From Chrysomallon squamiferum (Eukaryota > Animalia > Mollusca): a DNA stretch of 64,000 nucleotides. Where the stretch lies: assembly GCA_012295275.1 (NCBI GenBank), contig CM022665.1, forward strand, positions 11,098,001-11,162,000, written 5' to 3'. The notes beneath the pieces are model-generated. The model searched no databases. It saw only the letters and a list, made by a program, of their open reading frames with translations, and was not told the origin of the DNA. Within the stretch, counting starts at the first letter, position 1. Each line of letters opens with the position of its first letter. Below, piece after piece: positions 26,801 to 42,200 of the stretch. Position numbers and translations under genes: made by a program.

Positions 26801-27417
26801 AAGAAAAATACAACTAGTGCAACATGATGACGATGAAGATGTGGAGGATATAACAATGACGTAGTGAGTAAGATTTTAAAATAAAAAAAAAAAAAATTAA
26901 AATAAAAGTAAGATGGTAATAAAATAGCGTGTCCTCCACATCACATAGTGAATAATCTCCCTTTACTTTAGTTATTTAATTTTTTTCTTAAAATACATCT
27001 ATTTTGGGGGGTAAGGAGCGGTCGAAGGCACTCGGGGAGTGTTTACTTCCATTGGTTAGGGGGCGCAATAGTCGCCTTAAATAAAATTACAAAATAAATC
27101 TATATTATATTGTGTTTGGAATACACAGCTATAAAAAAATCTTTAGACTCTTGAATCAGCAATATGGTATGTCGACTAAACTGCGTCTGCTGTATAAAAT
27201 AAAATAAAAATAAAAAGTTTGACAGGGTTGTAAATAATATTTATAAGTACTTGTTCGTTTAGTCTTCAACTTTTGGCATGTTCAAGTGAAATGTAACACG
27301 TGTGCAGTGTTCAGTTCTTGGCGTAGCAATTCAACGTACTCGGTTTTGTTTGATCAAGTTATGAAAGAATGCTGCTATGCAAAATCCCACACTCAAAAAA
27401 AAAAAAAAAAAAAAAAA

Positions 27418-27452
<35 letters not shown>

Positions 27453-28704
27453 TAAAAAATTAACAGATCAAAAAATAAATGTTATTAAATGAAAGTTAAA
27501 ATTTTTCTTGAATTATAAATAAAAATTAAAAAATCGTAGAATTTATTACAATTTTATCTGTAACTGTTTTTATTTCATTTTCTTTCATTCAGCACTTCTT
27601 TGTTATTTTTTATTTATTTTTTTTATTTTTATTTTTTTAACATTTTGAAACGTTTATAATTTTGTTTATTGTTTGTTTATGCTCCCGTTTACGCAGTAAC
27701 AGACAGACACAATTCTTTTCTTTTTCAATGTCCTTTTTTTTCTCCCTATTTCATTAAAAAAAAAAAATTCCTATTTGTTATTAGTATAACAGTTATTTAC
27801 TTACGCATTAAAACAAATATAATGTTTAAACAATAGATTAGGTATTTGATCTTCACTTCTTTAAAGTTTTAACTGTTTTTAATGTCATTTTTTGTTTTCT
27901 TTCCTTTTTAATTAGTATTGTTTTACTGTTCTTTTTGGACTGCTTATATTTCGTTTTCTTTTTTCCTTTATGTCGCCACGAGGACATGTAACACAAGTAG
28001 TAAATATCTAGACAGCAACAATGCCTCTTTTATTTATTATTATTATTATATATATATTTTTTTTGAACACTCTCTCTCTCTCTCCCCCCCCAACATATAT
28101 CTTTTATATATCTATCTATCTACCTATCTAACTATTTATCTGTCTTCAGTTTGCTAGTCTGTTAGGCTATCTATAAACTGCTGTTATTGTTTCTTTAACT
28201 TCCCTTACTCCCTAGGAACGCAGTTATACATTAATACAAGCACTGTGTACCTATACCCTAAAAAAAAAAAATGATTTCCTTTTGTTATTATGTTGTCTTT
28301 CATTTCAGATGCATACCTATTTATTCAGCTAATGACCAACGCTTGGCAACGACCGAAGTACAATGAAAGATTTTTTGCGCAGCATGAATATATGTCTATA
28401 ATACATTAAATGTTTATAATTGACTATTCGCCTTTTGCTTCTCAATAGTTGTTAATGTGCTTTGCAATATTATTTATTACATTCTCCGACGTATTCATCT
28501 AACCATAATGTATAGAATTAGATGCATAAAATATATATTTATTACAGACCTGAATAATCTTTATGGTTCAGTTTTTCCCCACACGTAGATATGTGGACAT
28601 TTACATCTGGAGAGATATAGTTTAAACTATTGGTCACTGATACCCGTGAAAGTAAGAGATATTTTAAAAACTAATTATGTGGCTACAAGGAACCGAATTG
28701 TAAC

Positions 28705-28734
28705 ATGATGGCTTTCTGTAAGACGTCAGTTAAG
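28705..28734 (+). CDS. Candidate alternative first coding exon of the EF-hand gene (MMAFCKTSVK)
   Basis: AACATGATGG start context and a consensus AAG|GTAAGT donor in phase 0, the same phase as the 30890 exon. Confidence 0.4.
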
Positions 28735-29767
28735 GTAAGTCTTGGAGGTGTTTTGAAGGGTATTAAAGGGTCAGATGTGAAGAAGAAGAAAAAAATTAAA
28801 CATAATATCTATATATAAAATACAACGTCGTGTACAAGTGTGTGTGTGTGTCTGCATATATATGAATGTACGTTTGTGTGTATTTATGTGTGTGTGTGTG
28901 CACAATTTCTTGCAGTAAATTTTTTGTTATTCTTTTTGACCCCTGTGTTATCAAACATTTTGCTGTCTGTGAGAAGGTGGAAATAAAACAGTTAATGCTG
29001 CTAACAAAAAGGAGTATCATTTAATTTATCACGATGGTAGCAGATTTTTCTCTCCCATGACTTATTTAGTTTTAACCTTAATAATGAATAACATATACTA
29101 AAATGTGAATCTGTTATTTCATTTCCAGTACTAAAACAACCAACTCACTGCGCTTCTGTCGATGTTACATAAACGTAGAAATATGATTCCTCATTATACT
29201 ATTAGTCCTACCAGCAATAGTAATTACACTATTACAATATCTAGAAGTTACTTTAACTACCTTCATAGATTCAAGGATTAAGGAGCAGGTTATAAAGTGA
29301 ACCTGTTGCCATAAGAACAAAAAAACCTAATTGCGTCTTGAATACCTTGAGTTTCATTCCAGATAGTTTTTGTTAATTATAACCTGCAAACTCAGTATCT
29401 TGACAGAAATACAAGATGTAATTAGATTGTTTGTTCGTATTACAACAGATAACAGACAGGTTTACAGGATTAGATGATATTAGACGCCATTGAGATCAGC
29501 AGCTAATTCTCTGACGTAGCACTAACAAAACGGTTTCATTAATAAACGTCAGGAGGTGTGTGCCAAATGATATTTACTTTATGCTAATGTGTTATGAATT
29601 TACCAGATATTGTTAAATATAAGACACTGAATCTGACGTCTTCTGCTCACTGCAGTCTTTGTTTCTGTCATCTTTAAATGCCCATTTGTATAAGTCAAAA
29701 AAGCATTTTTCGCTTTGTTCTAATAAATTTATTATGTTGTTGGTGTAACTTATAATAAGGAGGAGAT

Positions 29768-29846
29768 TGTTTGTTTGTTTAATGACACCCCAGAAGAAAA
29801 AAAAAGGAGAGAAAAAAAAAGGCTATTGAGTATCATTCCAAGGTAA
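29768..29846 (-). mobile_element. SINE 3' tail fragment
   Basis: 'TTGTTTGTTTAATGACACC...GGCTATTGAGTATCA' is similar in reverse complement to the tail at about 16600-16650. Confidence 0.4.
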
Positions 29847-30039
29847 ATAAATAATAATAATAATAATACTAAGAAAGAAATAACAATAACAGTAGCAATA
29901 ACAATGAAATAAATAAATATAAATTTACAATATAATTATAATAACGTACTTATATTTTAATAAGGAAACACTACTAAAGAAAAAACAAAATAATTTCTCA
30001 GTGAGTGTTAATACATGTACATATATTTAAAACACTGTT

Positions 30040-30560
30040 ATACCGAGGTAATACTATCCGCGTTTTATTACACACACTTACTACGGGGCACGTAATGAGA
30101 TACGAAACGTATTGACCTTTCTCAAACACACACTACATAAATCTAAACGTTGACTAACGAACCGCAAAAACCGATAACGGGGCTTAGTTTGACAAAACTG
30201 TCACTATAGTTAGTCAGATTAATAGTCCGCCGCCGAGACTTTCTGTTTTGTTTTCAGCACGCATGCGCTAAATTGAATCGTGCCTACCAACAAGAGCGAG
30301 GTTTTTACTAGTGAAAAATTAAAAAACAAAATTGAAATAATAAATAAAATATGACGTGAAATACACGAAACAAAAATTGTTTGAGGAATCTCTATTATGG
30401 CGTGACTTTATCTAAAAGTGCAAATACAGACGATAAGGAATTAATTTACAAGTTGTGTTATTAGTTCGAAAAGAAAGGTGTTGGTATTTTGGATCAAAGC
30501 CATTCGCCGCCCGTTGACCTGGTGGTATGCACCCGAGTGATAAATTACTTTTGGAATTAC
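30040..30560 (+). promoter_or_regulatory. CpG-rich promoter region of the EF-hand gene
   Basis: Dense CpG, an NRF1-like ACGCATGCGC at 30259-30268, a CRE-like TGACGTGA at about 30351 and GTCCGCCGCCG, directly upstream of the first coding exon. Confidence 0.55.
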
Positions 30561-30889
30561 AAAGTACAAGTGAACTCAGTTGTTGGATTTCATGTAAATA
30601 CTATAAAACGTGGATTATTTCTTCATACCATTATTACTCTTCAATTATTTTTATTTTTCTGTTGTTTTTGTATTATTATTATTAACAGTAGTAGTATCTC
30701 TTTAACAAAAATTAAGACAATTTATAACGCTAACATTTCACTAATATTAATTAAGAAACGTAATATAAATAAATTTGTTCATGATATATAGAATGTAAAA
30801 TAAATGTATTGATATACGTAACACTAGAGGAGAATTCATGTATGTATTTTTGTTGAGGCATTAAATGTGAATTGCGTGGTAATCATGGA

Positions 30890-31327
30890 ATGATGTACAA
30901 CCTAAAAATGGCATTTGACGTTATTCCAATGAGAATAACGGAACTAAGTCTAAACATAGAGACAGACAGTCAATTTCTTTCACGCCAGGGACCTCTAAGT
31001 CCTCTAAAGGAAGACGAAAGTCCTGCCATCACCTCGCGGACGGAGAAACCGAAACACAGACATGTCGATAGTATTGTTTTGACGCCGCGGATGGGCATCA
31101 TGAATCCACTACAAGAGATAATGAATATGCGAGTGAATCCGGTGACTATATCTTCATCTAATGATTCGGGATATGTCAAATCAGAGTTTTCCCAAGCCGA
31201 CTCGTCAGTGAGTACGGAAAAACGCTTGATTCAGATACAGAACAAGGATATTCAGCTGCCGAAATTAAGTCTTACGGAGGAGTGTAATACACCCGTCAAA
31301 GACAAGGGCAGGAAAATAAATCACAGG
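30890..31327 (+). CDS. EF-hand gene, long first coding exon (Ser/Pro-rich, probably disordered)
   Basis: 146 open codons from ATG 30890 (ATG 30908 has the better context, AAAATGG), ending at donor AGG|GTGAGT at 31328. Confidence 0.75.
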
Positions 31328-34300
31328 GTGAGTGCAGAGAAAATGTTTATTTTAAAACAGTATTATTTTATAAATTTTTACAACTTTTTTTCTTCTTTTT
31401 TTTTTTGCGACATTATTACGTTTTAAATAATTCGACACTTCATTTAAAACATTATTATTATTATTATTATTTTGAAACAGTACTATTTTATCAGTACTTA
31501 GAAGTTTCTTTTGAACCTGTTATTTTATAAACCCTTCAATCCTTCTTTTAAATTGTATTATTTTATTATTCCTCAACTCTTCTTTTAGATCAGTTATTGT
31601 TCTTTGCCCAAACCATTTAAAAAAAAATTTAAAATTTAAAACAAAAACATTTCTGTACCTCAGCCCATGTTTTAGAATGATATTATTTTTGTATATGTCT
31701 TTTTATTATTTCATCAGTTCCTCAGATCTTCTTTTTGAACAACAGGGAATATAATTACAGAGTGACAATTGAGAAAATGTGGACTTTCTTTTCTAACAAT
31801 ATTATTTTATTAAAGCTCAAATCCAGACATTTTTTTCTAGCATATTTTTATATAAATAAAGGACAGAGTGTAAATATAAAGAATTCATAATCTTTCTTAC
31901 ATAACAGTATTATTAATCAACATATAACATTTTCTTTAAAAAAATATATATATATTTTTAATATTTACATATTGAGTATTAATAAATAGGGAGTATTTAT
32001 GTTTATGACTTTTTGTACCTTTTGCTTTCAGTATATTATTCTATAAAACTTGGCTGATAAAATAAAGTTTCCTTAAAATGAAAAAATCAATAATTTTATC
32101 AAACCCATTCCTTTTTTTTTTTTATGCTTTGGAAAGTTTTATTATGAAGTTATTACAAACATAATGCAGATTTAATGCTTCCTCTAAAACCCAATAGAAA
32201 AATCCATGCACACCCACACATACATAGGCACTCACATAGAAATGAACAAGCATATGTTAATCTATAAATACATCCATACTTACTGGACAAACACACACAC
32301 ATACACACACACATACACAAGCACACACACACACACTCTAACTCACAAACACACACACACTCGCATACACACACACATCCACATATATACATATACATAC
32401 ATACGCACACACTGTGGTCAGTATATTGATTTCCTTTAAACATTTTTATAGGGGATATATTTTAAAGAAAGATTTAAAGCAAATTTATTTATTATTTAAT
32501 ATTAGCATATTTATTGTTTAATATTTCATAGTGCACTGTAGGTTCCTTATTGCTTATAATGGCTTGTCACATGTTATTCTATACCCTGAAATGAATTTAT
32601 TCATTTCCTAAAACATGCTTCTTATAAAATGTTGCCTATAAAATCTATACATAAAAACAAAATAGTTCTTAAATAACAACAATATAATTATTATTTTTAA
32701 AATGTAAACCATTTTCAAAATGGTCTTACAAGATTTAAAACAGCAGCTAAACACTAATGATATAACTTTGAAAATATATGAGTATATGTAAATAAGAAGC
32801 AATTTATCAGTTAAAAATAGTTCTGTCCTATGAAGGTGTATTTGTAGTCAGTGGTCAAAAATAAAGAAATTTATCTAGTCACTATTCATAGTGACTGCAA
32901 CATAAATATATATATATATATACATGCAAAATATATTTAACTTGAGATTTATCAAACTCAAATAACATTTAACTGACAGGCTGGCTGATAAATTGTTGTC
33001 TTATAATCTGCATATAAGGCCATTTTAAATTAAATTTCCTTTTTTATTTTATTTCTCAGGCTACCAGTAAATAAATAAGAAATGTAAGATTAATTTTCTG
33101 CTGATATTTTATTAGTTTATTTAACCCTGTATTATTATAGGTTTTTTTTACCTGTAAATTGTGGCTTTCCAAGTTTATCTTTGAGATTCTTCGAGAGTCA
33201 CACACAGTTGTTAAAAAGATTAATATATTTACTTGGGAATTTCACAGTCTTACTGGGTTTATTTTATTTAGCTAAGATAAAAAAAAAAAAATAATAAAAA
33301 AAATAATAATAATAAAATAAATAAATAAATAATAATAGTAATAATAATAATTAAAAAAATAATAATCATAACAAAACATACACTAATTGTTAGGACTTTA
33401 ATGAGTTCTTTCTAATAAACCTAAGCAGTCATATTCATTGTTTTTTTATTTCAAAATCATTGGGTAAATAACTATTATTTTCTTTATTTTGGCAATAAGA
33501 CTTCCAGAGAAAAAAAATTAATATGTCAACACAGGTTCAGTTTGTTTTGCATGCTGGTGTTTTCGCTTTTGCAAAATATTGTAAAAGACTGAGTTTTAAG
33601 AAACACCACATATTAATCTCAAGTATATGCTCTGTCTCTTTCTCTCTCTCTCTCTCTCTCTCATTTTTTTAATTCATGTCATTTTTTAAATATGTGTACT
33701 TCATAGCATAAAACAACATTTAAAAAAAAAAAGATCTTATTACTGAAACATCCTCTTAGACATTTTTTTAATGTTTATTTTTATTATTATATAAGAAAAA
33801 TTGGTGTTGAAAATCAAATAAGCCAGTAACTTGGTTATAAAAATGTATTTGAACTATTTGTTAGTTTTATAACACTGATATCCTTTGATTAGTTCATACC
33901 TCATTCATTAATTCTTATGTAATTGTTAACAGTATGAAATTACTGGGTATTGACTATGTACTGTAAGGATGATGTAACTGAATAATAGATGATAAAGCTG
34001 AAATGATTTTTCATTCTTATATAATAAGGCTTTATTGATTAATCTCATTAATACTTGTTCTTCATATAAGGTTAATTAAAAACAGTGATTTGTGATACCC
34101 ATCTCTTTCTCTCTCTGTCCCTCACAGTGTGAGAAAAGAAGAACATTTTTAACACTGTTGAAAAAATGTTCTATTTTGGCTCTCTCCCCACAGACACACT
34201 CATAAATGAATTTACCCTTCCTATATTCACACATGAATGGACACATACATAGAAATAATCAAACAAACATAATTTCATACACACAGACATAGAAACACAC

Positions 34301-34512
34301 ACACAAACTAATAAAAACACATATATACATAACTGCTTTAAACTAATATCTATAAAAATAACATCTTTTCATTTAATTACTATTACAAGGTGGATTATTA
34401 TTATATTCATATAGTTTATTAAAAATCTTCATATAAGTTCATATGTTCTTTGAAATGCTTGATCATTTTTATATGAAACATAAATGAAAACCATAAATTT
34501 CACATTATTATT

Positions 34513-34566
<54 letters not shown>

Positions 34567-34991
34567 AATAATAATGATAATAATATTAATAACTGTTATA
34601 ATTTCAGTCTGGACTGTACTGTCACTAACAATAATTACACTTACTTTTTGTAATATAAATTCAAAATAATAATGATTGTTGCATTCTGGATTATATTGTA
34701 GACTATATCATATTGCCATTAGCAGTCTTATACATATTATTCATTATCATATAAAAATTGTATTCACAAAAACACACTAAAATCAAAATAATAATGATTT
34801 CATTATTATTCTGAATTATATTATACTGCCATTAACAGTCTTATATATGTTCATTATTATGTAACAAGATGTTTCATAAAAAAAACCCATTAAAATCATA
34901 ATAACCCTACTTTATTCTTCTGGATTATATTATATTGCCATTAGTAGTCTTGTACATGTTCAAATGTACATACATACATACATACAATACA

Positions 34992-35027
<36 letters not shown>

Positions 35028-38000
35028 TATATTTATACATTTTTTCACTAAATGACTGTTTGTAAGTAATCGTATAATGACCACTAAAGTCAAGATTATT
35101 ATATTATAAATTATTGTTGTTAGAAATCATTTCACTCAGAACTACTTGTCACCTTTCAGACAAACATGAAACATTTTATTGCTTCAAAACATTCTTCTTA
35201 TTCTTCTTGTAACAGCTATTCTGACAAATACTTATCAAACCAATTGATATTGCCACAATATCTCTATTTGTGTATTAACTTTAATAACTGGCAGTGGTAG
35301 ATACACTGCAGATATTTCTCGGCTCACTGGTAGCTTTTTATCAAAACAAGTGAAGCATGGAGTTACTGATATTGTTCCAGTGATTTGGTGTAATGTGGAT
35401 TATATAGTGGTTTAACATTTTCTACAGTCGTGTGCATTTTTTGTTTTTATAGGCAAATACAGAAACATATACTTTTTGAAATGCTTTGTCATTTTAGAAC
35501 AAATATTTTGTTTGAAAAAAAGGAAGAAAAGAAAGAGTTACGATCCATCAAATAGTTGGCCATTCTGGACTGTTTGGATATTGTACACTTTGAAATGTTT
35601 TTTTATTTTAGAAAAAAAGAATGAGAAAAAAACATCGATTTTTAGATCAAAAAGAAATGTATGCTTCTTGAAACAGTTGTGATTATAAACCATAAAAAAA
35701 AACTGAAGAAAAAAACAAAACAAAGAAAAACCTGTCAACTATATACAGCTTCAAATACTTTATCATTTTAGGCCATTTATAAGTTATACTCCTTGAAATG
35801 CTTTGTCATTTAAATCAAACAATAAATTATACTCCTCAAAACGCTTTGCTGTTTTAACTACTACTCCTTAAAATATTTTATTCATTTGAATTCATTGAAG
35901 CAGACATATTATATATTAGATCAGAGAAATGTATACTTCTTGCACTGCTTTGACAAAGCAGAGTGTACTAAAACATACACTCCATGAAATGTTTTTATTG
36001 CAAACACATGCTTGGTCATTATGAATATAAATTTATAATTTGTAGCTTAGATAGGATAGATTTAAAGTTACATAAATACATAAAAGTATTTCATTTATAA
36101 ATATTTTTTTTTTTTAGACACCTAACCATATTTTGATTTAACAATTTTCTTAGGATCAGGAATATAATTTGATTTTTAATTGTTTTTTATTTTTATAATG
36201 GTGATATTTGAAAGACTACTGACTTCAAATAAAATAAATTTCTAGAGTTTATCTTCAAGGAAGTTAAGGTTAGACTTCGGAATTCTAAAATTAAAAAAAC
36301 ATAATAAATAATGGTTATATATGAAAGATCATTTATTTATGATTTCAAAATAACATTAATTTTAAAATATTATCAACCAGACAGTTAAACTTGGACTTGA
36401 AATCCATAGATTTTCAAACTGACAGCTGACGCTGTCGAAGATCAACATTAGTCATTTAGTAATTAGTATTGTGATATTGTCTAAACACAAAACATACCAC
36501 AGTCAGCCTGTCACACTATTGATATTTAAAACAAATCTCTGATAGCCTTTGACTTTGTGTTAGACAACATTTGATTGTCAGAATAGTGATAAATACCTAA
36601 GTAACTGCATGACTGGAAAACTTGTAGACATATGCTTGTACAGGTATGTTCAGGGATGATATAAAGTTATACAGCTCCCCAGGTACCCCCTTAACATAAT
36701 GTTAAGCACATAGTAGGATATGGTAAGCTAATGTAACAGCTGGATTGCCCATTTTAAAGTGTAATTGTGTTAATACAACAGATAGACTAGTTATGTTTTG
36801 TTTTCTTTGAAGATTTATTAGTATCATAAAACCAAACTTTGTTAATAATAAAGTATTACAGTGATATAGCAAGCTATAGAGCAGTGATTTTCAACCTGGG
36901 TATAGCTCCCCCCCTTTACAACACTGTGAACATAGAATGATGGTAAAAGCTGTATATTAACAACATATAATTGTTTACATTTGCACTACAAAATTCATCA
37001 TACTGCTGTAAAAACATCTCTCATTAACTGATAATGTGAAAACAGGAAAATTCCATTGTTTCACACAGTCTCTCATGATTTTTTTTTTTTTTAAATGATT
37101 GTGCATGGAAAAAGATAATTATTTTATTGTCATAATTTATGAAAATAATCACAGAGAATACCTTATTAGACTATATGAAGTATATATAAAATAATATAAA
37201 AAAGTACGTATATTTACATAATATAAAAAATATTTATTGGTAGAGACCATCAGCTCATCATCTCTATGGTTATAAAAAAGGTGTATGAATATAATGAATA
37301 TTCATGGATATGTTTATCTAATAATTTTATTATATATATTTATAATACATGCCATCTATTAATAAACACAGTGATTATTTTTAGTAACCACTTACAATAT
37401 TAATAGAGATACTCTCTAATGCCAAACAGCATTAGCATTTGCTTGACCAACTAATGGACAGAAATACATACCTTTAAGTTCAGTAACCTGTTGAAATATA
37501 TTGTGATATGCAAATAATGTCATACAGATCATGTGAATGTTTCAAACACACACACACACACACACATTTAGATACTGGTATCTGTAAATAAAAATGTCTT
37601 ATATAAATGTGAAACTGAGTAAATGATTTTTATTTCTGCAAATATTTTATACATATTTGTATTTTTGAGTATGTGGGCATATATATGATTGCGTATATAA
37701 TTACGTATATAATATCTAAACAGACAAACACCCACACGTATAATATATACATACACAAACACATACATGCATTATTTATGTAATTCAAAGGCATGTGTGC
37801 ATATATTAGTCTGTTTGTGTATGATTTTCACTTTTGACATTAAATTACTATAATTTTTATTTATTATTTTGTTTTATTTTCTGTTCTGTGATTGTTAGTC
37901 TCTCTCTCTTTCTCAATTTTTAGTGATTTATTATTTTTGTGTTTACTTTTGTTTATCTTGAAACCAGAGATTTTATTATTGACCTAACATTCTGCATAGT

Positions 38001-39653
38001 ACTTTGTCAACAATAATTTCTTAAGAAATTCATATCAAATTTCACCTATATACATATGACTGCATACTTAAAAATGAAAAGAACATATTTTTATGTTGAA
38101 ATCATTTTCACTAAAATAGTAATAAAAGACTTTCATCTTCAGATATTTTACAGTGTTTATTTAGTTATTAAATACTTATATCAGGTTGTTAACATTCCAT
38201 AATGTAGGCCACTAACAATATAAAGTAAACATTTGTTATATTTGTTTACTGTGATAGGTTGCATGTCATTAACAAAAAAGAGAGTGAGAAAAAGAAAGAG
38301 AAAGAAAAGAAACACAAACAAAAAACATGATTAGAAATAATATATAAACTTAATAATGTTTTAATAATTTTAGTGCACACACACAGACACAAAACCATGC
38401 ACATGCATGCATATATATTACATAAATCAGTAAAAAACATATTAATTTTGGTAATGTCAGCCTAACATTATTTTTTCAAAATCAAGTGGTTTATATAAAT
38501 TTATTATGTAACTATTTACAGTGAATATTTTAAATTTATATTAACATGAATGTCATATATACTATACGCACAGTCATTTGATATAATTCTCATTATAATT
38601 GTTTACACATTGCTTGATATTTATGTGCATGTATGTATATAGACAGACTGACAGGCAGACAGATGGCTAAACACACACACACACATGTATAAAACACATT
38701 CCAATGATTGATAAAAACCTTCATTTCAAATATTCTTCATAAAAACATTTTTAAAACATCCTGTGCCAGGCAAGAATACATAAGAATCAACAGCATTCCA
38801 GTCTCAGTAAACCTCAAAATAATAATAAAAAATATCCCTGCAAGGAATTGATTTATTGCAATAAAACCACATTTTTCCACAGCTTTTATTGATATCTCTA
38901 ACACACCTTACTAATTTGTGCATACCACCACTAATGGTTGAGCATTGCAGCTACATTAGAAGGTGACAGCTTCACGGTAGGAGGCAGACCATTATGTATA
39001 ATCAGTCAATAAAATTCCCTATCAGTTAGAGTCATCTGACTGTGACATCGATTTCTTTGATGATCTCTTTATCTGAAACTGGTGCTTTGTTTTTTTTTCT
39101 TTTGTTACACAAAGGCAATACGTTGCTCATAGAAATATGAGAAAAAAATCCCAACACATACGGGACAGTGTTTTTTTTATTTTTTATTAAAGTGTTGTTT
39201 AAAAAATAATGTTTGCATTAAGGCAAATAGCTCGTGAAAAAACTAAAGTGGAGGAAGATGAGGTATAGTAGGAATATTATTTACATTTTTCAGTTTTTAA
39301 TTATATGTTTGTTTTTCATTGGGTTTTAAAAATATATATATACATATTTTTCTTATATATATATATATATATACACACATATTTTTCTTATATATGTATA
39401 TATGTGGGAAGTATTTTCAAATAACTGTTTATGCTTAATCATGCTGATATAATATAAATAATTACTGATAATTTAATATATATAATTAATTATAACATAT
39501 ATCAGTCTGTTACATATAATTATTAGACACAGGTAGCTGTAGATTAAAACAATTTCTTCAATTAGATAATTAAAAAATATATATTAATAATACTTGTATG
39601 CATGATTTCTGTACAATATAACATTAATCATTACATTATATATCCATACACAC

Positions 39654-39711
<58 letters not shown>

Positions 39712-41507
39712 TCCAAATGCTTTCTGTAATATTAAAGCAAAACTTATCAGATGAAATCTTTTCATCTGTAAATATGGATGTGTACCTTATTTTATACAAG
39801 TGTTGATTCAAAGCTATACTAAGGGTCTTGTAGAACCACATAAACAACAGGGCATTGGTTTGAATCAGTTAAATGCTTATAAATCTTGCAGGTTTCTATA
39901 TAATATAACATTATTCATTATATACATATTATATTACAATATATTACACTGTATTATAGCATTGTATTATATAATGATAAATATTAATGTTAAATACTAA
40001 TTACTCCCATGTAGTTTATATTAACCCTTTCAAATGAAATCTCTTCACTCCTGCTTAAGGGTAACGACAGAATTAAACTATGGAGGTCTTTGTTATAATG
40101 CCCTGTTGTTATTCTGGCCCCAGGGGCTTGATGTGAGTAGGTGTTTATAAAAGGACTAAATAACAGCTTTGCCTACAGTGATATGGGAAAGTAATCTACT
40201 TGATTTTTGTTGTATTATTACAGACATGCATCACCACCCACATCTTTCACTGCACATTTCACAGTCAACGTACAATGGGGAATTAAATGATGGTATTATT
40301 AGATTGGTCTACTCTGAGGGTGGAGTGATAGGGAAAAAAAAAAAATGAAACCAATAATACTTGAAGAAAAATAACACCAACATAAATCAATCAATCAATC
40401 TATAAACATACAATGAAATAAATAAATAAATAAATAAATAAAAAACTAGCTACAAACAAATAAATAACAATATAATGTATATAACTAAAACAAATTCCCA
40501 GCCCTCAAAAACCCCCAAAATACCAACACTCCAACCCTTAAACTATAAAGTAACTGGGCAAGTTTAGTTTTGCCAAGCTTATACTAGTTAGAAGACTAGG
40601 ATTACTTTTCTTCTTTTTATACAATGTACATAAAGCTTGATTATTTAAACTGTTCACCTCCCAGTCTGTGCACAGACACAATAAAACATACACACTGAAC
40701 ATTATATTATATTATTAACACATAATGATTTTTTAATGTAAATAAATTTATAATGCTTTATAGATATTTAGATATAGTACATTTTCTTCAGTAGATTAGT
40801 AAATTAATACATAATAGATTTCTGCTTGTATTTATGTAACGAAAATTAGTAGTCACAAACATAAATATTATTTAGACAAGGGTTCAGGGAGTCTGGATTC
40901 CCTGCTTATAAGAATCCCCCAAAACAAGATAAGCAATTTATTTATATTATTTTAGATTTTTTAGTTTTCACATGTGTGTATCTATACAACTCACCAAAAG
41001 ATTTTTTTTTTTTTTAAATGCCAATTTTCTCAATTATCAAATTCTGAAAAATGTATAGTTTTGGTAAACTAACTTTTATATTACCAGCCTATAAAATATA
41101 CTGGATTTGCAGTAATACAAATATTTAAAATATATTATCAAAAAAATAGTTATTTTTAAAATATATTATCATTTAGGTCTGTTTTACTTATTCAGTAAAT
41201 GGTGAGTTTATAGTAAGTTCGTGAACTTTGAAATAATTTGTTTTTAATATAAATTCTTTGTGTGTGTGTGTGTTTCTTTGTTTTATTACCATGTTTTTAT
41301 TACAGAGAAATTAATACTGCAACTGCTATATACTAAATTTACATTTGGTTTATTCTATATTTTAATTAACATAATTATTTATTATTTTCAGCTTCGCCAT
41401 CTAAAAAGACAAAATATAGGACCTGAGGATGCAGATTTCAGTGTGAATCCTGATCCAGTTCCATTTCTACCTCAGAATTTCATGTAACAATTTGTTTTAT
41501 AATAATG

Positions 41508-41543
<36 letters not shown>

Positions 41544-42168
41544 GTATAAGCTATAGCAATAGTAGTAGTGGTATAGTAGTAGTAATTGTTGCAGTTGTAG
41601 TAGTAATAGTAGTATTAGTAGCAGAAGTAGTAGTAGTAGTAAAGATAATGGTGTTACATTAATTTTAATGGTAGTTTAAAATTTATATAGCATGGACAGA
41701 AACTTTAAAACATTTTAATATACATGTATGTACAAATGGCTTAAGTTAGTATACTTTCATATTATTTTTTTATTTTTTTGGTAACCAATTTAGCAGTAAA
41801 CATTATTCCAAACTCTTGAAGTACATGAAGGTGACCTTTTTTTTTCTTTGACAGACTGAGTAAATTATTGCAAAGTTCTTATTTCCTCAGTCTGTCATTC
41901 ACAAAAAGGGAGAGGGGAAGAAAATAAAAACATTAAAATTACACATTATTTAATTGTCATAGCTTATTATTAAGCAATAACTGGGCACCATATATAAATA
42001 AAACAATAAACAAGCTGGCTTTAGATTCATTTATTCATACATTTTCTACCATTGGTTTGAAGATTTATTATATTATTATTATTTATTTTTTTATTTTTTT
42101 ATTTTTTTTTTTTTGTAATGTTCATAGAGTGAAATAAATGAAATTCTGTTAACCAGTTGAATAATAAC

Positions 42169-42200
<32 letters not shown>

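Noticed and set aside
36893-36915. CAGTGATTTTCAACCTGGG resembling a hAT-type terminus
   Set aside because: No partner terminus or target-site duplication seen; too short to call.
40080-40138. ATG-to-GTGAGT segment as another first exon of the EF-hand gene
   Set aside because: It ends in phase 2, but the next exon (41392) needs phase 0.
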